From the NCBI GenBank assembly GCA_000165425.1, contig CT868052.1, forward strand, positions 620,001-645,506: 25,506 bases of DNA. Direction: 5' to 3'. The stretch's first letter is position 1. Each line of letters begins with the position of its first letter. Position numbers and translations under genes: made by a program. Of this stretch, positions 21,617-25,506 are shown piece by piece. Source of the stretch: Paramecium tetraurelia (Eukaryota). The notes under the pieces are model-generated. The model searched no databases and was not told the DNA's origin. It saw only the letters and a program-made list of their open reading frames with translations.

Positions 21617-23279
21617 ATGAATCAACTACTCTCTCTTCTGCAATTAATATTTTTTATTGCACAATCTTAAGAATCAGGGAAAAATATTTATACTGGATTT
21701 TCTGGATAAAATTGGGATATATCAGGTTATTTACTATTTTTAATTAGGTTGGTACATCTTCAACCCATATAAAGATTTAAATTATGATCCATATGATTAT
21801 CCATTCAGTCAATGTAATGGAACAAAGTTATTTGGAGGATATTGTGTTTTCGGTGTGGACTCATTAATTTCTTCAAAATTTGAACTTCCTCCTCATTATT
21901 CAATACGAATATCATTAGATTTATGGAAGTATTATATTTATTGATTTTTTGAGTTGATAGTTGGGATGGTGAGACTTTCTAAATAGTACTTGATAGCGAA
22001 ACTGAATAAAAGCCATTTTTTTTATGGGAGGGTCAGTAAATGTGTGGTAACTAAGGGGAAATATTTTTGGAGTTTAATACTCCCATGATAATTACTCTTC
22101 CAAAACACTGTTTATTAAATTTAGATGTCATAATGACTTCGACTTTAAATTAATTGGCTTATGATGTATTAAAATGTGATTAATATTAGGAATCATGGGG
22201 GTTTTAAAATTTTATAATTGAAATTTTAGAATGCCCTTAAGATTGTATATTCTGTACAGATTTAACATCATCTTGCTACTTTTGGAGAAGCGTTAAATCA
22301 TATTTACCTGACCTAAAACCAGAAGAAGGATGGGAGAGTGATAATTAAATAATAATGGCAAGTGAATGTTTAGGTATAAAGATTTATGGTGGAACTAATT
22401 TGCTAAAAGGAAAAAGAATCGATAAAATTTTAGAAACTTAAATTCCTCATTTTAAGGTTCAAATCTTAATCAAATTGTGGACATTTGGTGTTTGGGATAA
22501 TGAATCATTTAGTTTGTTGATAGATGATAAACTTAGGTATATTAAAAAAATGTAATCTGACAAATTTGTTTTAAAACCATATTATCTCCTAGAAACAAAA
22601 ATCACTAATGTTGATGTAGATCAATTTCATTCATCCCCCAAAATTAAATTATCAATGATAACAGAGAATAACAGGCATGATCTTGCATATTGGGGATTTG
22701 AATCTATTGATGTTTTTGTAGGAATATGTTCAATTGGATGTTAAGAGTGCACTGGAGAATTAGACTCAGAATGTGTAATTTGCCTAAATAAATGGATAAA
22801 CGTAGATATTGGATGTATTGGTATAGATTTAATCTATTAAATAAGCCCCTCCTTTAGAATGTGCTTATCTTGAAATTTTTGATATTTACAATATATAATT
22901 AGATTTCTTGAACTCGTTTAAAATATACATTGATGTATTAGATCTAAATATTGGAGAGATTGGTTAAAAAAATTTAAATATTAGTAAAAATGTTTCTTCT
23001 ATTTCTTTTTAAACTTAGGTTAGATGCTAAGAATATAAGATAGTTGAAAGCTTTTTCAGAAGTTGCGAATAGTGCGTTGTGGAATAATAAAAATTTTTAA
23101 ATTAATGTTCCAATCAAAACAATATTTTGAATTATAAAGCAAAATTTGTTTAGATCATTGAATATCAGAAAGAATTAATAATAAATATTACTGAATCCAA
23201 ATTAGAAATTATATAAGTATCATCAAATAATAAATTCAAAAAGGAAATTTTGATTTTGAAAATTGAAATTGAATCTTGA
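21617..23279 (+). CDS. Secreted/surface Cys-rich protein of a ciliate-expanded family, two tandem 'GG..LPPH...W.D.WD.E...ESWG' domains with CxxC linkers, ~519 aa
   Basis: ATG 21617 with signal peptide 'MNQLLSLLQLIFFIAQS', introns 21726-21747, 21929-21960 (acceptor uncertain), 22166-22189, 22821-22845, TGA 23277-23279; spliced length 1560 nt. Domain 1 'CNGTKLFGGYCVFG...ELPPHYSIRISLDLW..WDGETF...ESWGFQNF', linker 'CPQDCIFC', domain 2 'IYGG...IPHFKV...LWTFGVWDNESF...AYWGF', then 'CSIGCQECTGELDSECVICLNKW'. Confidence 0.85.
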
Positions 23280-25506
23280 TTGTTATCCATTTTTAAAGTT
23301 TAAATCATAAAATTCCTTTAATCTTTATTTTATGCTACTATTTTATCATTCTAAGAATAATTTTACCAATTAGCAAAATATAGGTTACTTGAGTAGATTT
23401 CTTGAATTTTCTTTGATTTTGAATTTGCTAAATTAATTGTAATCCTCCAAATAACTAATATATTCAATTTTTAAGTCTCTGATAGAAAATCAAAAGTTCT
23501 ATTGAAACTGAAAATTCCTTTGCTAATTTGTACTGAGTAGATATAATTTGGTGTTTGAATACATTAAATTGAATTAGATCCTCATCTATGTTACTTTTCT
23601 TTATGAAATTTCTCATATTTAATACAATTTTTAATGAGATAAACAGAATGTTCTAGCAAAAATTAAATCGAACTTTTAAATTAAAATCAAAATTTTACCA
23701 TAATTCCTAAATGAATCAATACAACATTTTTATATCTATACATTGGTAAGATTTACTAATTTACATAATTTTTTAAGTAATATTTTGAAAATTCATGTCT
23801 TTATTAGAGATATCAACTATTAAGATGTTGAGGGTGCATTATTTATACAAAAAATTATATTTATAGATCACTCAAATCTTATAATTTATTTCAATAATTT
23901 AAAAAATATTATAAATCAGATGAAAAATAGTATTCTACTTTGAATGAGTTTGCCAATAAATAATTTATTATCTTCTAAACATTTCTGCATTGAAATTGAT
24001 GATAAGGAAGTATAGGATTATAGCAACACATTAAAATTAATAAAATCTCTATTTGTAATTTTTCTTAAAAATGAATTTTACAAACTTTTTCTTTATGTTT
24101 ATAAAAGATAAGACATTTATAGATAACATAATCAATGGGAATTCTTGAAACACAAAATATCTTGAATAATTTTATTATTTATCTTGTTGATATTTTAAAA
24201 TTTTGCTTACTTATTGAGAATAAACTAACATAAACATCAATAATAATTGAGTTTGAATTTGAATTAAATCACTCTTTAAAAAATATTTGGAAAATATTTG
24301 ATATAAATTAAATTGTCATCACAAAGTTATTTAATTTTTTGGTTTACCTATGAAACTGTTGCGTTTTACATTCGTCGTTATTATCATAAATTATGAAAGA
24401 TCATTGATTTCATTATTTATCTTTTTTTTCAATTTTACTTACTTTCTTTTATGTTTTTGTATTACTTTATTTATACATTCTATTAAATCTATGATTAAAT
24501 TTGAGATAAGGATTAACGTAAAAAGAGCAATATGAATCCATCCATATAATAAGTGCTAGTCATAATTGAGTTGAAAACTATAAATTAAAAAGGACCCTGA
24601 AATTAAAATAAATAAAAACTCTCTACATAACAATTTAGCCTCATCATATTTAGATTTTAATGGTCTAAATTTAACTAAGTATAAAAGATAGATAAACGAG
24701 GACATAGAGAGAACAATTGATTAAATCTCTGGATAATTTATTGCTTCAACGATTATAAATATGTAAAACGTTATTCGGTAAATTTAGAATGATTTTTAAC
24801 TGAATGCCCAAAATTAAGATTTGGAATCTTGATAAAAATATTTCCATTTTTGCCTATCTTTTATCTTAATTTATGTAATTGATTGCAATTATAAACTGAC
24901 AAATAAAATGAAGGCTAGCCCAAAAAATTGCATTTAAGCTATTAAAAGCCATAAATGGAGAATTAAAGTTATAATTTGGAAATTGGAGCAAAGCACTAAA
25001 TAAGAATTGATGTAATATAGCGAAGTAGACTTTAGGCAATCCATAAGAGGTATAGTCATTTTTAAATTTAACACAAAAGTTCTGAATTTTCTCCTGAAAA
25101 AATAGTGCAAATCGAAGGTATCTTATATTTTATTCATATTTTTTAATATAAAATGATTTGAATTTATAACGCTTTTTAAGATGTTAATAGTTTACAAATG
25201 AAATATGTTAGTAAAGAAACAAAAAGGGATATATAACAAGATTTGGCATTCAACAGGTAAAACTAATTTAATGGATTTGATTAGGTCTAATTTGAGTTTT
25301 GTGAATATTGGTAAGGTAGAGTACCTCCATTTAAATGACTAAATGATTCATCGATCCTCAGATAATCCATAATTGGTTTTTGATGATACTTTAGAATTAA
25401 GCATTCAAGAATTGTACTAAATGAGGCGGAAAATTATATTACATATATCTAATATAGGATAAAGATTATGAGAGATCAATTAAGTTAAGAAGCATCATAG
25501 CATTTC

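Noticed and set aside
24350..24535. Track ORF, 61 aa, hydrophobic
   Set aside because: T-rich low-complexity sequence with no supporting homology.
1..25506. Prokaryotic or phage systems (CRISPR, defence islands, recoded phage), rRNA/tRNA and transposases
   Set aside because: No regularly spaced repeats, structured RNA genes or DDE/RT motifs were seen. Spliceosomal introns and eukaryote-specific genes show this is ciliate nuclear DNA.

Overview
AT-rich eukaryotic DNA from a ciliate, almost certainly a Paramecium macronuclear scaffold. Long reading frames appear only with the ciliate code (TAA/TAG = Gln, TGA = stop) and after removing tiny 22-32 nt GT..AG introns, so the supplied standard-code ORF track is mostly fragments or antisense shadows. 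The left 11 kb is a very compact block of 8 genes: the 3' part of a CNBD-type K+ channel, a SHAQKYF-class Myb factor, TMCO1, a choline/ethanolamine phosphotransferase, CFAP77, a coiled-coil hypothetical, PWP2 and an OGFr_N-domain protein. Several intergenic spacers there are only 12-36 bp. The right 14 kb is gene-sparse: a ciliate-type WD40 gene, a start-less Cys-rich surface-protein fragment next to an N gap, a ~4 kb single-pass membrane protein gene with apparent lesions, a secreted Cys-rich family gene and probable decayed coding relics. The most unusual observations are (i) the phosphotransferase TGA lies in frame 12 nt upstream of the TMCO1 ATG, (ii) two head-to-head ATGs are 13 bp apart, and (iii) an exact 50 bp TA-bounded duplication brackets the Cys-rich fragment. 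No rRNA, tRNA, CRISPR array, transposase or telomeric tract was recognised. I cannot claim a new biological system from the sequence alone. All gene models were translated by hand and family calls rest on recalled motifs, not database searches.
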